This document shows, in pieces, positions 8,907 through 19,161 of a stretch of 64,000 nucleotides of DNA. Both the position numbers and the translations under genes were made by a program. The notes beneath the pieces were generated by a model. The model worked only from the letters and a program-made list of their open reading frames with translations. It did no database searches and was not told the DNA's origin. Source of the stretch: Longimicrobiales bacterium (GTDB lineage Bacteria > Gemmatimonadota > Gemmatimonadetes > Longimicrobiales > Gaopeijiaceae); NCBI GenBank assembly GCA_963664435.2, contig CAXXKM010000001.1, positions 1,535,287 through 1,599,286 of the forward strand. Reading direction: 5' to 3'. Each line of letters starts with the position of its first letter. The first letter of the stretch is position 1.

Positions 8907-10541
8907 ATGTCAGAGAATCCAAAGGGCGGGATCGAGCGACGGCGTTTTCTGGGGATGGCCGCGGCCGGGGCTGCCGCCGGGAGCCTTCACCCGGAGATCG
9001 TCCTCGGGAATGAGCGGCATCGGCTGCCGACCGGCGTGCCGCGGACGCTTCAGGAGGCACAGGAGGAGGAGCTGCCCCCCCTCGGGAACGGCGAGCCGCC
9101 CGCGGTCCAGTTCCAGGCGTATCCCGGAGGCACGGGATCGCTGCTCGAGAATCTGTGGAAGGAGTCGGGAGGATCCCCCTTCGAGCGCCACGAGATCGAG
9201 ATCGGGGCGTGGCCCGGACCGGCCCCGACGGATCCGCAGGAGATCGCGTTCCTCCCCGCGCATCGGCTGGGCGCGCTCATTCGCGAGCGCAAGATCACGT
9301 CCGAGGAGCTCACCGAGATCTACCTGGACCGGATGAGGCGCCACGATCCGACGCTGCTGTGTGCGGTGAGCATCCTGGAGGACCGGGCCCGCGAGGAGGC
9401 GAAGCGCGCCGACGCCGATCTGCGCGCCGGACGCTGGCGGGGGCCGCTACACGGGGTGCCGTGGGGCGTGAAGGACCTCTTTGCCGTGCGCGGAACCCGC
9501 ACCACCTGGGGGTCGGCCGATTTCCAGGATCAGGTGATCGACGAGGACTCGGAGCTGGTTGTGCGTCTGCGCGAGGCGGGCGCCGTCCTGATCGCCAAGC
9601 TCGCGACCGGGCAGTTCGCGTCGGGCGACAACTGGTACCGGGGCGAGACGAAGAACCCCTGGAATCCGGAGCAGGGATCGAGCGGGTCGTCGGCGGGCCC
9701 GGGTTCGGCCACGGCGGCGGGGCTGGTCGGCTTCTCCATCGGCACCGAGACCCAGGGCTCGATCGTGAGCCCGTCGCGGCGCAACGGCCTGAGCGGCCTG
9801 CGGCCGACCTTCGGACGCATCTCGCGGCACGGCGGCATGGTGCTCTCGTGGACCATGGACAAGCCCGGGCCCATGTGCCGCAGCGTCGAGGACTGCGCGC
9901 TGGTGTTCAACGCCATCCACGGGGCGGACCCCAAGGATCCCGCGACGCTGACCGCGCCCTTCCGCTTCGAGCGCAACCCCGACCTGTCCCAAATGCGCAT
10001 CGGCTTTACCGAGGATGCGCCTGAAGCCTTCGTCGCGAAGCTGGCGGAACTCGGCGCCGACCCTCAGCCCATGGCGGAACTGCCCGAGGGCGGCTCCAAC
10101 TCGCTCGGCGTCGAGTCGTCGGCCGCCTTCGACTTCCATGTGGCGCCCGGAGGCGTGCTGGAGGAGGTCCCCGAGCCGCAGGAGGGAGAGGAAGCCCGCC
10201 CGCCCCGGTTCCATCGCGGACGTGACATCCTGGCGCTCGACTACGTCCAGTCGCTGAGGCGCCGCCACATCCTGATGAAGGAGATGGTGCAGGCGATGGA
10301 GGGCTTCGACATGTTCGTGACCGGATCCGGGGAGACGCGGCTCACGAACCAGACCGGACATCCGGCGGTAGTGCTGCCCTACGACTTCGGCGACGGCAAC
10401 ACCGAGGACGACTTCGACCACGAGCAGCCCATCTGCACGACGATCATCGGCGACCTGTTCGCGGACGACAGGATTCTGAGCGTGGCGCACGCCTACCAGT
10501 CGGTTACCGACTGGCACAGGATGCATCCGGATCTGGCGTAG
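8907..10541 (+). CDS. Amidase (GatA-like amidase signature), Tat signal
   Basis: ERRRFLG Tat motif; GVPWGVKDL, GSSGSSAG, GTETQGSIVSPS; start moved to ATG at 8907 after GAGAGGGA. Confidence 0.9.
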   Translation: MSENPKGGIERRRFLGMAAAGAAAGSLHPEIVLGNERHRLPTGVPRTLQEAQEEELPPLGNGEPPAVQFQAYPGGTGSLLENLWKESGGSPFERHEIEIGAWPGPAPTDPQEIAFLPAHRLGALIRERKITSEELTEIYLDRMRRHDPTLLCAVSILEDRAREEAKRADADLRAGRWRGPLHGVPWGVKDLFAVRGTRTTWGSADFQDQVIDEDSELVVRLREAGAVLIAKLATGQFASGDNWYRGETKNPWNPEQGSSGSSAGPGSATAAGLVGFSIGTETQGSIVSPSRRNGLSGLRPTFGRISRHGGMVLSWTMDKPGPMCRSVEDCALVFNAIHGADPKDPATLTAPFRFERNPDLSQMRIGFTEDAPEAFVAKLAELGADPQPMAELPEGGSNSLGVESSAAFDFHVAPGGVLEEVPEPQEGEEARPPRFHRGRDILALDYVQSLRRRHILMKEMVQAMEGFDMFVTGSGETRLTNQTGHPAVVLPYDFGDGNTEDDFDHEQPICTTIIGDLFADDRILSVAHAYQSVTDWHRMHPDLA

Positions 10542-10544
10542 GGA

Positions 10545-11396
10545 TTACCAGCGGCGTCCGAGGGTTCGGGCGCGAGTCCCCCAAACGGACCGGCTGGCGA
10601 GCCCGAGCAGCTTGCGGGTAATGAGTTCGCCGTCGAGGCGGATGCCGTTCAGGATCGCGGCCGCCTCGGCGAGGGAGAGCGCTTCTTCGCCTTCCGGGCC
10701 GACGACGGTCTCCTCCTCGCCGAGCATGCCGGGAGGCGCCATGATCTCGCCGGACTCGCCTTCCGCCCGGGTGTCGTCCCCCGTCAACTCGGCGTCCGAG
10801 AAGGCCTCGCCCGCCTGTACGCCGCGGCGGCCGCCGGTGTCGAGCGAATCGAGCATGCGGCGGGCGAAGGCGAGGTTCCAGGCCGCCTCCTCGCGGCCGG
10901 GGCTCAGGCGCAGGGCGTTGCGATTCTCCTCCATGGCGGCCACGACGTGGACCAGGGCGGAGTCGGACCCTGGCGCGGCGATGGCGGCGCGCAGGCTGGC
11001 CACGCCCAGGTTGTACCAGGCGAGCGAGCGAAGTTCGTCGTCGGGACCCGCTGCGCCGCGGGAGAGGCGAACGCGGGCGTCGGATCCCTCCGCCAGTTCG
11101 AGCAGGGTGGTGCCCAGGTTGTAGTGGAGATGCGGGGCAGGAGGGGTCACCGCTGGTGCCGGCCGGGCGTCGGGAGCCGGGTCCTCCGGCACGGCGGGCG
11201 ACTCGGCGTCCCGCTCGCCCGTAGCCAGCGGGACTTCTGCCTGAAGGCGCGCGCGATAGATGCGGGCGGCCGAACTCCAGTCGCCGCGGCGGTGCAGGCG
11301 GTTGGCGCGCTCCTCGCTTGCGCGCTCGGCGAAGACGACCGTGGCGAGGGCTGCGGCCAGGACGGCCGCGAGCGCCAGGCGGGTGCGGGTGGTCAT
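10545..11396 (-). CDS. TPR-containing BatC-like protein
   Basis: YNLGTTLL, WYNLGVA and AAWNLAFA TPR-like segments; last gene of the MoxR/VWA operon. Confidence 0.7.
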   Translation of the reverse strand: MTTRTRLALAAVLAAALATVVFAERASEERANRLHRRGDWSSAARIYRARLQAEVPLATGERDAESPAVPEDPAPDARPAPAVTPPAPHLHYNLGTTLLELAEGSDARVRLSRGAAGPDDELRSLAWYNLGVASLRAAIAAPGSDSALVHVVAAMEENRNALRLSPGREEAAWNLAFARRMLDSLDTGGRRGVQAGEAFSDAELTGDDTRAEGESGEIMAPPGMLGEEETVVGPEGEEALSLAEAAAILNGIRLDGELITRKLLGLASRSVWGTRARTLGRRW

Positions 11397-12595
11397 GGGC
11401 CGGCCTCGGGGGACTGCACGCGGGAACCCGAAGGCCGTGATGATCGGTCCGGGGCGGCAAGCCTGCGTAGCAGGTGCCACCACGACCCGATCACCGATCC
11501 GCCGAGCACCCGTCCAGCTTCAAGGTCATTGAGAACCGGCCGCCAAGGCGGGCGCCACCAGCGCGAGGATGGCTTCGCATCGGACGACGGTCGCAGACGG
11601 GCCGTGCCCGGGCGGTCCATCAGGCCGTCGGCGGCCACGAGCAGGAGCGCCAGGAGGATCAGCCAGGTCGCCGGGTCGCCTGGGCCGCCGCCTTCCTCCC
11701 CGTCCTCGGGGACCCTGCGGAAGCGGGCGGCGAGTTGGGCCAGGCCGCGGTCGTCGGATGCGTCCAGGTAGCCGCCCCCGCCAGCGCGGGCGACACCCCG
11801 CAGCAGCCGTTCATTGAGCCGCGAGACCACTGGTGCGCCGCCTGCGTCCGTGACCTGAGCGCCCGCGCCGTCCCCCCCCAGCCCCGCCCCCTCCGCCGTG
11901 CCGATCCCCGCAACCCAGATGCCAACGTCCCCGGCGGCCGCGATGGCCGCGCTGTCCGCCACGGCGAACTCGTCCTCGTGCGCCTCGCCATCGGTCACCA
12001 GAAGGATGACGCGCTCCCTCCCCTCCTCCCGGCGCGCGTCGAGCTGCCGGCGCGCCTCGCCGATGGCAGCGCTCACGCGGGTGCCCTGGTCGCGCTCGCC
12101 CAGGAAGTTCTCCGACAGCGAGTCGGCGAAGAAGCGCACCACCTGCTGGTCGTCGGTAATCGGGGCGAGCGTGTGGGGCCAGTCGGCGAACACCACCAGG
12201 CCGACACGCTCGCCCGGCAGCGCCTCCAGGAGCGCCCCGATCGCTTCCCTGGCACGCGCCATCCGCCCGCCCGGCACGTCTTGCGCCGCCATCGAGGCGG
12301 AAATGTCCAGCGCAACCACCACGTCGACCGGACGCGAGGCGTTCAGGCCGATCCCCGGCCCGAAGCGCACCCCGGCGGCCGCGAGGACCATCACGGTCAC
12401 CGCCAGGCCGAGGATCCGGAGCCGCCGCCGGGGGAAGTCCATCAGTTCGCGGGTGGTCAGGCGCCCGGCCGCCTCCTCGCCCCCGAACCCTTCCGCGAGC
12501 CGGCGCAGCCGCCGGGTACTGCGGGCCAGCGCAAACGCGATCAGGCCGAGCGCGACCGGAAGAAGGAGCAGGAGGATGGGACGCGCAAACGTCAT
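11393..12595 (-). CDS. VWA domain membrane protein (BatB-like)
   Basis: DISASM MIDAS motif, VTDGE, GIGTAEG. Confidence 0.88.
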   Translation of the reverse strand: MTFARPILLLLLPVALGLIAFALARSTRRLRRLAEGFGGEEAAGRLTTRELMDFPRRRLRILGLAVTVMVLAAAGVRFGPGIGLNASRPVDVVVALDISASMAAQDVPGGRMARAREAIGALLEALPGERVGLVVFADWPHTLAPITDDQQVVRFFADSLSENFLGERDQGTRVSAAIGEARRQLDARREEGRERVILLVTDGEAHEDEFAVADSAAIAAAGDVGIWVAGIGTAEGAGLGGDGAGAQVTDAGGAPVVSRLNERLLRGVARAGGGGYLDASDDRGLAQLAARFRRVPEDGEEGGGPGDPATWLILLALLLVAADGLMDRPGTARLRPSSDAKPSSRWWRPPWRPVLNDLEAGRVLGGSVIGSWWHLLRRLAAPDRSSRPSGSRVQSPEAGP

Positions 12596-12707
12596 GGCGC
12601 CCTCCCCGCCCCGCCGGGCACTTCCGCCCGCCCGTGCCCGGCGCCCGCGACCGGCCCGGGCGACGCAGCGCGCACCCTCGCCAGGGCCCCGAACCGCTCC
12701 GCGCCCC

Positions 12708-13685
12708 TCACGGCAGCACCGCCCAGCGTGATGCGCGCACCCCGACCGCCCCCATCAGCATCGCCAGCGCCCCGGCGACCAGCCAGAAACGGAGGGGCAC
12801 CAGGGCGGTGGTGAGCCGCGTCTCCCGCGACGTCGTCTCGAGGCGGTCGATCTCCGCGTAGATCGAGTCGAGGGCAGCCACGTCCGCTGCCGAGAAGTAG
12901 CGCCCGCCCGTGATGCGCGCGGCCTGGGTGAGCACGGTCTCCATGCGCTGGAGCCGGGTCGGCGCGCTGGCGCCCCCAGCTCCGTCAGCCGGGTCGGGCG
13001 GGTCGGGCCGGCCGATCGCGACCGGGTAGACGCGCACGCCCACGGCCGCGGCCGCGCGCGCGGCCGTGGCAGGCACCAGCCCGTCGCGGTTGTGCGCGCC
13101 GTCGGTGACCAGGACCAGCACCTTCGAGTCGTGGGGGGCCGCCTCCAGCAGCGCCGCGCCGGCCCCGATCGCGCCCGCGATGTCGGTGCCGTCGATGAGC
13201 AGCCCCACCTCCATCCCGTCGATGGCGTGGTCCACCAGGTAGTGGTCGCGGGTGAGGGGCAGCCGGGTGAGCGCCTCGCCTGCGAAGGTGACCAGGCCGA
13301 CCGCGTCGTGGCGGCCCGCCACGAAGCGCCTGGCCGCGGCCTTGGCGGCCTCCAGGCGGGTGGGTGATCCCTCCATGTCGTCGGCCCACATCGACGTGGA
13401 CAGGTCCACCGCCACCACGATCCCCGTCCCGCCCTCCACCGGCTCCTCGTGGGCGCGCATCAGACGCGGGTGCGCGAGCGCGACGATCAGGCAAGCCAGC
13501 GCGGCGGCGCGCAGTGCGCGCGGGAGCGCATCCACCACTGCCCAGAGCCAGCTCCCCCGCAGCCGCACCGACCCCGCCGATGCCAGAAGCAGGCCGGAGG
13601 CGCGCCGCGGCCGGATCCACCACAGCCAGAGGGGCACCACCGCGAGGAGAACCAACCACTCCGGGTGGGCCAGCTGGACGCTCAC
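12708..13685 (-). CDS. VWA domain membrane protein (BatA-like)
   Basis: N-terminal PEWLVLL/ALAHP, DLSTSM MIDAS motif, VTDGAHN, TGGRYF. Confidence 0.9.
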   Translation of the reverse strand: MSVQLAHPEWLVLLAVVPLWLWWIRPRRASGLLLASAGSVRLRGSWLWAVVDALPRALRAAALACLIVALAHPRLMRAHEEPVEGGTGIVVAVDLSTSMWADDMEGSPTRLEAAKAAARRFVAGRHDAVGLVTFAGEALTRLPLTRDHYLVDHAIDGMEVGLLIDGTDIAGAIGAGAALLEAAPHDSKVLVLVTDGAHNRDGLVPATAARAAAAVGVRVYPVAIGRPDPPDPADGAGGASAPTRLQRMETVLTQAARITGGRYFSAADVAALDSIYAEIDRLETTSRETRLTTALVPLRFWLVAGALAMLMGAVGVRASRWAVLP

Positions 13686-15007
13686 CGGGAGCCTCCGGAA
13701 GAGCCGGCGTCGCCGGGCATGTCGTCGCCGGACTCTTCAGTCGGGCCGTCGCGGTCCCGGTCGATCTCAGCCGCCGTCGAGACGAACGCCGGCGCCTGCC
13801 CCGAGGCGTTCACCCATGCCCGCATCGCCTCCCAGTCACGCTCGGCCGCGGCACCTCCCTGCTCGCGGGCTGCGGCTGCGGACGGGCCGGCGAGTGGGGC
13901 GAACTTCGCCACCTCCCCCCGCCCCATCGCGCGGGCCAGATCGCCCGGGTCGGGCCAGCCGGGCGCTACGGACAGGTCGCGCATCAGCTCCGTGCTCGTC
14001 CGGCTGCAGCTCCATGCGGGGTCGAAGCGCGCCAGGTACCCGCGTATTACATCCCCCGCGTCCTCATAGAAGTCGCGCAGCCGTCCCGCCCGGTGGTGGC
14101 CGCCCGCGAGCACGCGGTCGAGTTCGGCGAGCGCCCGTTCTCTCCACTCTGCCGGCGTCTCCGGCGGGGCCTCAACCTGAACCGCTGCCGGCGCGCGCGC
14201 CGCCAGCCACTCCCGCGCCTGCACCGTCACCACGCCGAGCAGCAGCAGGGACAGGAGCGAGGCGCCCAACACGGCCGGGACGTTCCAGCTGAAACCCACC
14301 ACGTCGGCCGGCGGGCTCGGCTGCAGGCCGCGCGCGATGTCGTCGAGCAGGATGGGCGAGGTCACGAAGACCCGCCGCCCGGCGATCACCAGCCGGTCCC
14401 GGGGACGCGCGTCCGGGCCCGGCCGCAGCCCGGCATCAGCACCGATCCGTTCTCCGGTCCGACTCCCGTTCCGCGTATTTTGTGTATTTTGTGTATTTTG
14501 TGTAATTGCGGCCCCGACCGGGTCCGTGGTCGCCCCTGGAACGTCCTCCACGCGAACCCGACCTTCTCCCTCCTCCGCCTCCCCGCTGCTCATCTCCAGC
14601 TGAGGAGTCGCCGCGAGCCCGATCTCGAAGGGAATCAGATCGTATTCGAGCGAGACCTGAAGGGACCCGTCTCCCACTTCGACCACATCGGTCCGCACGC
14701 GCCGCAGGCTTTCCACGCCCCACTCCGGAAGAAGCGTCGCGGGCACGCGCAGCTCCCGTCCGGGACCCACGTAGACGGTCGCATGGAGGGTGAAGGGATC
14801 TCCCAGCTCCACGGTGTCGGGGGACACGCGCACCGCCTGAACCGCCGCCCGCTCCTGCAGGCCGAGTGCATCCGTCGCGAACATTCCCATGGACGCGATC
14901 ACGGTCAGCCCACCGACCCAAACCTTCATCCCAGCGCCGGCGCCCGCCGATCGACACCCTGACAACGCGGCCCCTCCGTGCCGTGCCCGTTTGTCCCAGG
15001 CCTTCAT
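13682..15007 (-). CDS. Membrane protein of MoxR/Bat cluster (DUF4381/BatD-like)
   Basis: Position between DUF58 and BatA with overlapping stop/start; DTVELGDPF; one TM helix; RGYL..RF...TSTEL, VAKFA. Confidence 0.65.
   Translation of the reverse strand: MKAWDKRARHGGAALSGCRSAGAGAGMKVWVGGLTVIASMGMFATDALGLQERAAVQAVRVSPDTVELGDPFTLHATVYVGPGRELRVPATLLPEWGVESLRRVRTDVVEVGDGSLQVSLEYDLIPFEIGLAATPQLEMSSGEAEEGEGRVRVEDVPGATTDPVGAAITQNTQNTQNTRNGSRTGERIGADAGLRPGPDARPRDRLVIAGRRVFVTSPILLDDIARGLQPSPPADVVGFSWNVPAVLGASLLSLLLLGVVTVQAREWLAARAPAAVQVEAPPETPAEWRERALAELDRVLAGGHHRAGRLRDFYEDAGDVIRGYLARFDPAWSCSRTSTELMRDLSVAPGWPDPGDLARAMGRGEVAKFAPLAGPSAAAAREQGGAAAERDWEAMRAWVNASGQAPAFVSTAAEIDRDRDGPTEESGDDMPGDAGSSGGSR
14475..14504. 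repeat. 9 bp in-frame tandem repeat (gtattttgt)x3
   Basis: Encodes TQNTQNTQN in the 13682-15007 CDS. Confidence 0.9.
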
Positions 15008-15948
15008 CGAAACGCCCGCCCCCGTCGCCGCCCGGGCGTCCGCTCGCGCGCCCGGAAGAACTCCGCCAGCACGGGCACGTAATCCTCATCGGACCCTACC
15101 TCCACGACCTCCAGTCCCAGCTCGCGAAAGAGCCGGGTCAGTCGTTCCCGCGCCTCGCCGGCCTGCCGCGCATAGGCGCCGCGCACCCCTGCCCGCCCGG
15201 TATCGACGATGCGGCGCTCCCCCGACTCCGGGTCCACCACCCGCACCAGACCCACATCCGGGAGCCCCATCTGCCCGGGATCGTTCAGACGGATCGGCAC
15301 CAGGTCGTGCTGGAAGCTGAAGCGGCTCGCGATGCGCGCCAGGCGAAGATCGGCCTCGAAATCGACCAGGAAGTCGCTGATGAGGAAGACCGCCGCCCGT
15401 CGCCGCAGCACCTTCGCCAGGAACTCCAGCCCGGACGAGAGCTTCGTGCGCCGGCCCGCGGGCTTGAGCGAGAGCAACTCGAAGATCAGCCGCAGGGCGT
15501 GGCGGCGGCCCGTGTCGGGAGGGATGAAGAGCTCCGTGTGGTCGCTGACCACCAGCAGCCCGACGTGGTCGTTGTTGCGCGCGGCCGAGAGGGCCAGGAT
15601 GCAGGCGATCTCGCTCGCGATGCGGGCGTTGGACGCGACCCCGGTGCCGAAATCCTGCGATCCCGACAGATCCACCATGAGGATGGCGGTGAGCTCGCGC
15701 TCCTCCTCGTGCTGCTTGATGAAGAAGCGGCCCCGGCGCGCGGTCACGTTCCAGTCGATGGAGCGGATGTCGTCGCCCGGCTGGTACTCGCGCACCTCCG
15801 AGAACTCGAGGCCGCGGCCCTTGAACACCGAGCGGTACTCGCCGCTGAAGAGCGACTCCACCAGCCCGCGGGTACGCAGTTCGATCTGCTTCACACGGGC
15901 GGCGAAAACCCGGGGATGCTCGCGCGCGATGGATTGTCTTGCGGGCAC
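15004..15948 (-). CDS. DUF58 domain protein
   Basis: GEYRSVFKGRGLEFSEVREYQPGDDIRSIDWNVTAR; LISDF. Confidence 0.95.
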   Translation of the reverse strand: MPARQSIAREHPRVFAARVKQIELRTRGLVESLFSGEYRSVFKGRGLEFSEVREYQPGDDIRSIDWNVTARRGRFFIKQHEEERELTAILMVDLSGSQDFGTGVASNARIASEIACILALSAARNNDHVGLLVVSDHTELFIPPDTGRRHALRLIFELLSLKPAGRRTKLSSGLEFLAKVLRRRAAVFLISDFLVDFEADLRLARIASRFSFQHDLVPIRLNDPGQMGLPDVGLVRVVDPESGERRIVDTGRAGVRGAYARQAGEARERLTRLFRELGLEVVEVGSDEDYVPVLAEFFRARERTPGRRRGRAFR

Positions 15949-16073
15949 GGCGGCCTCCGACGGCTACCCGGAGCGGAGAGGCCCGGTCGCGCGGATGGAG
16001 CCTGTCGCACCGCGGAACGCCCTCGGCCGCGAGGACCCCGCCAGCCGCGAGCCGGGACCCGGTGCGCCTCTCC

Positions 16074-17075
16074 TCATGGCGCAGGCACCGCCTCCAGCAC
16101 CCGGCGGACGACCTCGTCCGTGCCGATGCCGCGCGCGTCGGCCTCGTAGGTGGTGCGCAGTCGGTGCGGCAGCACCATGGGCGCCATCGCCTTGACGTCG
16201 TCGGGCATCACGAAACCGCGGCCGCCAAGCCAGGCGCGGGCCCGGGAAGTGCGCGCGAGGAAGATGGATGCCCGCGGCGAAGTCCCGAAATCGATCAGGC
16301 TCTCCAGCTCATCGAGCCCGTACCTGGCCGGCTCGCGGGTGGCGAAGGCCAGCTCCACGATGTAGTCGAGCACGGCTTCCTCCACGTGCACCGCAGCGAC
16401 CCGCCTGCGGGCGCGAAACACCTCGTCCACGGTCGCGACGGCATCGAGCGGGGTCCCGGCCCGGTCTCCCGCCCAGCGCACGATCTCCTTTTCCTCGTCG
16501 CGAGAGGGGTATCCGATGTCCAGCTTCATGGCGAAGCGATCCAGCTGCGCCTCGGCCAGCGGATAGGTTCCGTGCAGCTCCACCGGGTTCTGCGTCGCCA
16601 GGACCATGAAGGGATCGGCCAGCGGAAAGGTGTCGCCGGCGATCGACACCTGGCGCTCCTCCATCGCCTCGAGCAGCGCCGCCTGCACCTTGGGCGGAGC
16701 GCGGTTGATCTCGTCCGCGAGCACGATGTTGGAGAAGACCGGCCCCTTGTGCACGCGGAATTCGCCCGTGCGCGGGTCCAGGATGGGGGTGCCGGCTATG
16801 TCGCTCGGGAGCAGGTCGGGCGTGAACTGGATGCGGCTGAAGCCGGTGTCGATGGCGCTGGCCAGCGTGCGCACCATGAGCGTCTTGGCGAGCCCCGGAA
16901 GGCCCTCGAGCAGCACGTGGCCTCCCGTCAGAAGCGCGATGAGCAGGGCCTCGACCGCCGGGTCCTGGCCCACCACTCGCTCGCGCACCGCGGCTGTGAC
17001 CCGGCGCGAGAGCCCAACCCCCGCCGCCCCGGCGCCGGCTTCCCGCTCCAGCACTCCCGCGGCTTCTCCCGGCAT
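16074..17075 (-). CDS. moxR: MoxR family AAA+ ATPase
   Basis: HVLLEGLPGLAKT, RIQFTPDLLPSD, LADEINRAPPKVQAALLE, ATQNPVE, LDRF. Confidence 0.96.
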   Translation of the reverse strand: MPGEAAGVLEREAGAGAAGVGLSRRVTAAVRERVVGQDPAVEALLIALLTGGHVLLEGLPGLAKTLMVRTLASAIDTGFSRIQFTPDLLPSDIAGTPILDPRTGEFRVHKGPVFSNIVLADEINRAPPKVQAALLEAMEERQVSIAGDTFPLADPFMVLATQNPVELHGTYPLAEAQLDRFAMKLDIGYPSRDEEKEIVRWAGDRAGTPLDAVATVDEVFRARRRVAAVHVEEAVLDYIVELAFATREPARYGLDELESLIDFGTSPRASIFLARTSRARAWLGGRGFVMPDDVKAMAPMVLPHRLRTTYEADARGIGTDEVVRRVLEAVPAP

Positions 17076-17147
17076 CAGGCCAGCACCCCCGCTGCGTCGC
17101 CGGGCATCAGGCCAGCACCCCCGCTGCGTCGCCGGGCATCAGGCCAG
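17071..17147. repeat. 32 bp tandem repeat (about 2.4 copies) at the amidohydrolase-moxR junction
   Basis: ggcatcaggccagcacccccgctgcgtcgccg x2 plus ggcatcaggccag. Confidence 0.92.
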
Positions 17148-18863
17148 GTGCATCGTGCGCCCGCCGACCACGGTGCGGACGATGCCGATCTCCTGAAAGG
17201 CCTCGGGGTCGGTCTCGTGGGGGTCTTCGGCGAGGATCACGAAGTCCGCCAGCTTGCCCGGGGTGATGGATCCCTTGAGGTGCTCCTCGTGGGAGGCGCG
17301 CGCCCCGTTAATGGTGGCGATGCGCAGGGCCTCGCTCACGGTCACGCGCTGGTTGGGCCCCCAGACCCGGCCCTCGGAGTCGGTGCGGGTCACCATCGAC
17401 TGCAGCGCCATCATCGGCTCGTAGGGCCCCGGCACGTAGTCGGAGGCGCCGGCCACCGGGATGTCGTAGTCGAGGAAGGAGCGGTGGGCGAACATGAAGC
17501 GCATCTTCTCCTCGCCGTACTCGACCCACTTGTTGCCGTGGTAGTAGACGTAGGTCCAGAACGGGGTCGGCACCGAGCCGGTGTCGCGAATGCGGGCGAG
17601 CAGCGAGGGGTTCACGAGCGTGCAGTGCTCGAGGCGATGGCGCGGATCGGGACGCGGCCACATGCGCTGCACGCGCTCGTAGGCGTTCAGCACCATGTCG
17701 ATGGCGACGTCGCCGTTGCAGTGGATGCCGATCTGGAGGTCGTGGCGGTGCGCGTCCTCCACGACCTCGTGGATCTCCTCCTGGGTCATGGTGAGGATGC
17801 CGTAGTCGTCCGGGCGGCCGATGAAGGGGGTGCTCATGGCCATGGTGCGCCCTGAGGCGGAGCCGTCGGCGGTGTACTTGACGCCCCCCACGCGCACCCA
17901 CTCGTCGCCCAGGCCGCTGTGGATGCCGGCCGCCTTCAGCCCGGCGGTCATGTCGCTCAGCGAGTACATGGCGATGCGGCAGCGCAGCTCGCCCGCCTTG
18001 TAGGCGTCCTGGTAGGCGATGGCGTAGTCGGTGCTGCAGCCGGTGTCGTGCAGGGAGGTGAGGCCGGCCGCGGTGACCAGTTCGGAGATGAGCTTCACCC
18101 CCGCCTGGCGCTCCTCGCGGGTGGAACCGGAGGGGAGGAGCCCCTGGAAGAGGTCGTTGGCGTTCTCGGCGAGCAGCCCGTTCAGCTCGCCGTCGTCGAG
18201 ATAGATGTGGCCGCCGGGGGGCGATTCGGTCTCGGCGGTGATGCCCGCGAGCTCGAAGGCGCGGCTGTTGTACCAGTAGAGGTGGCCGCCCCGGTGGGAG
18301 ACCCGCACCGGGTGGTCGGGCACCCATTCGTCCAGGTCGCGGCGGGTGATGCGGCGGCCCTCGCGCACCTTGGTGTCGTCGTACTTGAAGGCCAGGATCC
18401 ATTCGCCCGGGGGCCTGGCGGCCGCGCCCTCGCGCAGGCGCTCCCCGATCTCGGCCATGGAACGCACGTCCAGGTTGACCTCGGTGAGCTCGCGCACGCC
18501 GCCCGACGCGGGATGGAGGTGGGCGTCGATGAACCCCGGCGTGACGGTCATGCCCCCGGCGTCGATGACCTCGGTGCCGGGCCCGGCCAGGTTGCGGATG
18601 TCGTCGCTCGACCCGACCGCGATGAAGCGCGAGTTCTTGACCGCGAAGGCCTCGGCCTGCGGGAGGTCGTCGTCCACGGTGTAGACGCGCCCGCCGACCA
18701 GGATCAGGTCGGGAGTGACGTCGCCCGCTTCCTGAAGGGGCGCTTTGGAGCGCGCGCGGGCGAGCCTGGCGTCCGATCCGCGCAACTCGAAGTCGCCCAC
18801 GCCGAAGCCGGTGGCGAGTGCGGCGCCGATGCCGAGAAACTCTCCTCTCGTATAGCGGTTCAT
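17139..18863 (-). CDS. Amidohydrolase_3 (YtcJ-like) metallo-hydrolase, probably exported
   Basis: PGFIDAHLH, HCNGD, HRLEHC, GSITPGKLADFVIL; start at ATG 18863 after a GGAGGAG RBS. Confidence 0.9.
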   Translation of the reverse strand: MNRYTRGEFLGIGAALATGFGVGDFELRGSDARLARARSKAPLQEAGDVTPDLILVGGRVYTVDDDLPQAEAFAVKNSRFIAVGSSDDIRNLAGPGTEVIDAGGMTVTPGFIDAHLHPASGGVRELTEVNLDVRSMAEIGERLREGAAARPPGEWILAFKYDDTKVREGRRITRRDLDEWVPDHPVRVSHRGGHLYWYNSRAFELAGITAETESPPGGHIYLDDGELNGLLAENANDLFQGLLPSGSTREERQAGVKLISELVTAAGLTSLHDTGCSTDYAIAYQDAYKAGELRCRIAMYSLSDMTAGLKAAGIHSGLGDEWVRVGGVKYTADGSASGRTMAMSTPFIGRPDDYGILTMTQEEIHEVVEDAHRHDLQIGIHCNGDVAIDMVLNAYERVQRMWPRPDPRHRLEHCTLVNPSLLARIRDTGSVPTPFWTYVYYHGNKWVEYGEEKMRFMFAHRSFLDYDIPVAGASDYVPGPYEPMMALQSMVTRTDSEGRVWGPNQRVTVSEALRIATINGARASHEEHLKGSITPGKLADFVILAEDPHETDPEAFQEIGIVRTVVGGRTMHLA

Positions 18864-19161
18864 GGGCTCCTCCGGGCCAAGTCGCTGGTAATCTGCTAAT
18901 TTCCACCCGACGCACGCCCGTGCAAGTACGGGAACGCGGCACATGCCGGCGGGCGCGGAGGGTGCGACCGCGCCGGCAGGGGTCGCGCGTAATGCGCGCC
19001 GCGCCAGGGACGCCGGAGCCATGCGGCCGAATACGGAGCGCGGCACGAACAGCAACGGAGGACAGATGGTTCTCGATTCTCAATCCGGGGTCCAACGGGG
19101 CCTGAGAAGGGCGGGTGGAGGCCGGGCTGGCCTCACCGGCGGCGCCCGAGGTGGACCGAGC

